Shown: in pieces, positions 6,719 to 7,485 of the stretch | Numbering within the stretch: position 1 is the first letter of the stretch | Layout of the letters: the number at the start of each line of letters is the position of its first letter | NCBI GenBank assembly: GCA_000004985.1 | Contig: GG738993.1 | Length of the DNA: 7,485 bases | From: Naegleria gruberi | Taxonomy: Eukaryota | Direction: 5' to 3' (one strand) | Position numbers and translations under genes: made by a program | The notes under the pieces: generated by a model | What the model was told of the DNA's origin: nothing | The model's input: only the letters and a program-made list of their open reading frames with translations | Database searches by the model: none

Positions 6719-6905
6719 AGCCATTTAGGAATTGAATTTTGGTGGTCTGTTGTTTTTCGGAATGAGGTAGTTGTTTTTCAAAAGTAGCCGCCCTCTATTC
6801 TTTTTTCGAAAAATCAACTCCCGAATTTAATAAAACTTAATAGTTAAATACAGGGTACAATTTATGAAAAACACCAACCCTGTTGTTTAGCTGTGTGATT
6901 CTGAT

Positions 6906-7008
6906 GAAATGTGGTAGAAGATTTGTGTCAAAGTAGGACCTAAATTCATTTTTTTTTTGCTCAGGTTGGTGGTTTTTTGCGGTTCAGGGGTAAATCCCGT
7001 CATTAGGG
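6906..7008. repeat. intergenic composite motif, copy B: GAAATGTGGTAGAAGATTTG (6906-6925), TTTTTTGCGGTTCAGGGGTAAATC (6973-6996), CCGTCATTAGGG (6997-7008). Lies immediately upstream of the CPSF1 start.
   Basis: The 12-mer CCGTCATTAGGG is the exact reverse complement of 5282-5293. Both copies carry the (C/G)AGGGGTAAA(A)TC and GAAAT..GTGGTAG..TTTG blocks. Confidence 0.5.
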
Positions 7009-7051
7009 AAATAAATTTTAATAAAAATAAATTAAAAAAATTTCCAATACA

Positions 7052-7485
7052 ATGTTCGCGTGCTACAAACAGCTTCATCCTCCAACAGCTGTGTCATTCT
7101 GTTTGAAGGCACGATTTACATCAGCTAATGATGAAAATCTGATCATTGTTAAAAACAACATTATGGAGGTTTATTTAATCAAACCGAATACATCCAATAT
7201 TGTTCTTGTAAAAGTTTTTGAATTATTTGGAGTAATTGATTCTATAATTGCTGTTTGTCTTCAGGGTATGAAAAAGGAAATGCTTTTAATTAACTTTGAA
7301 GATGAAGCAAAAGTATCTGTTGTGGAGTTTGATGAGAAGAGGAGTGATCTTAAAACTTTATCTTTGCATTATCTCGAAGATGACTTTTTGAGAGAAGGTA
7401 AAGCTAGATTCTTTCACAATCAACCAATTATTTTGGATCCACAAAATAGATTTGCTACAGTAATTATTTGCGACTCTAAATTAGT
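7052..7485 (+). CDS. CPSF1: cleavage and polyadenylation specificity factor 160 kDa subunit (CPSF1) homolog, N-terminal beta-propeller region; the CDS continues past the window end
   Basis: ATG at 7052, then 144 codons open to the window end. The translation [43 protein letters not shown]...[45 protein letters not shown] matches the conserved N-terminus of metazoan CPSF1, recalled from memory as MYAVYKQAHPPTGLEF...[38 protein letters not shown]. The weaker relatives DDB1 and SF3B3 belong to the same family. Confidence 0.8.
   Translation, partial: [144 protein letters not shown]

Noticed and set aside
6887-7078. ORF-track 63-aa - ORF
   Set aside because: Overlaps the well-supported CPSF1 start and the upstream motif region on the opposite strand. 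Spurious.
1-7485. CRISPR arrays, rRNA, tRNA, insertion-sequence features
   Set aside because: No direct-repeat or spacer periodicity and no cloverleaf-compatible segments. Nothing resembling a transposase ORF in the visible 5.2 kb.

Overview
This window looks like nuclear DNA from an AT-rich eukaryote (by eye about one third GC) taken from a draft assembly. Two N-runs at 306-355 and 3020-5225 hide roughly 30% of the window. Nothing prokaryotic is evident and there is no CRISPR, rRNA or tRNA. Genes carry short spliceosomal introns (39-100 nt) with GTAAGT or GTATTT donors and TTTCAG, TTTTAG or ATTAG acceptors, and AATAAA signals follow the stops. I can support four loci. (1) On the + strand, 166 to at least 3019, a receptor-like Ser/Thr (TKL-type) kinase. 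It has a signal peptide, a Cys-poor N-glycosylated ectodomain built from about 10 tandem Pmp-type repeats (FxxN then GGA[IL], a parallel beta-helix signature), one TM helix, and a kinase domain (GEGGSGVVY, VAIK, HRDLKPANIL). The kinase is cut by a 49-nt intron exactly at HR|DLKPANIL and then runs into the 2.2-kb gap. (2) On the - strand, a three-exon gene from 5461 to about 6340. All three exons share one continuous frame, but the 5' exon carries a single in-frame TAG at 6068-6070 and the 5' end is unresolved. (3) On the + strand, an 84-codon open frame with no ATG (6397/6431-6648). It has coding-like composition and an acceptor-like site, and AATAAA plus a GU-rich element follow it, but no partner exon can be found. 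(4) On the + strand, 7052 to the window end, the N-terminus of a CPSF1 (CPSF160) homolog, truncated by the window. Two intergenic regions (5268-5335 and 6906-7008) share a composite set of short GC-rich motif blocks in partly rearranged order. I cannot name the organism. The splice signals and composition fit nematode-like or other AT-rich invertebrate or protist genomes.
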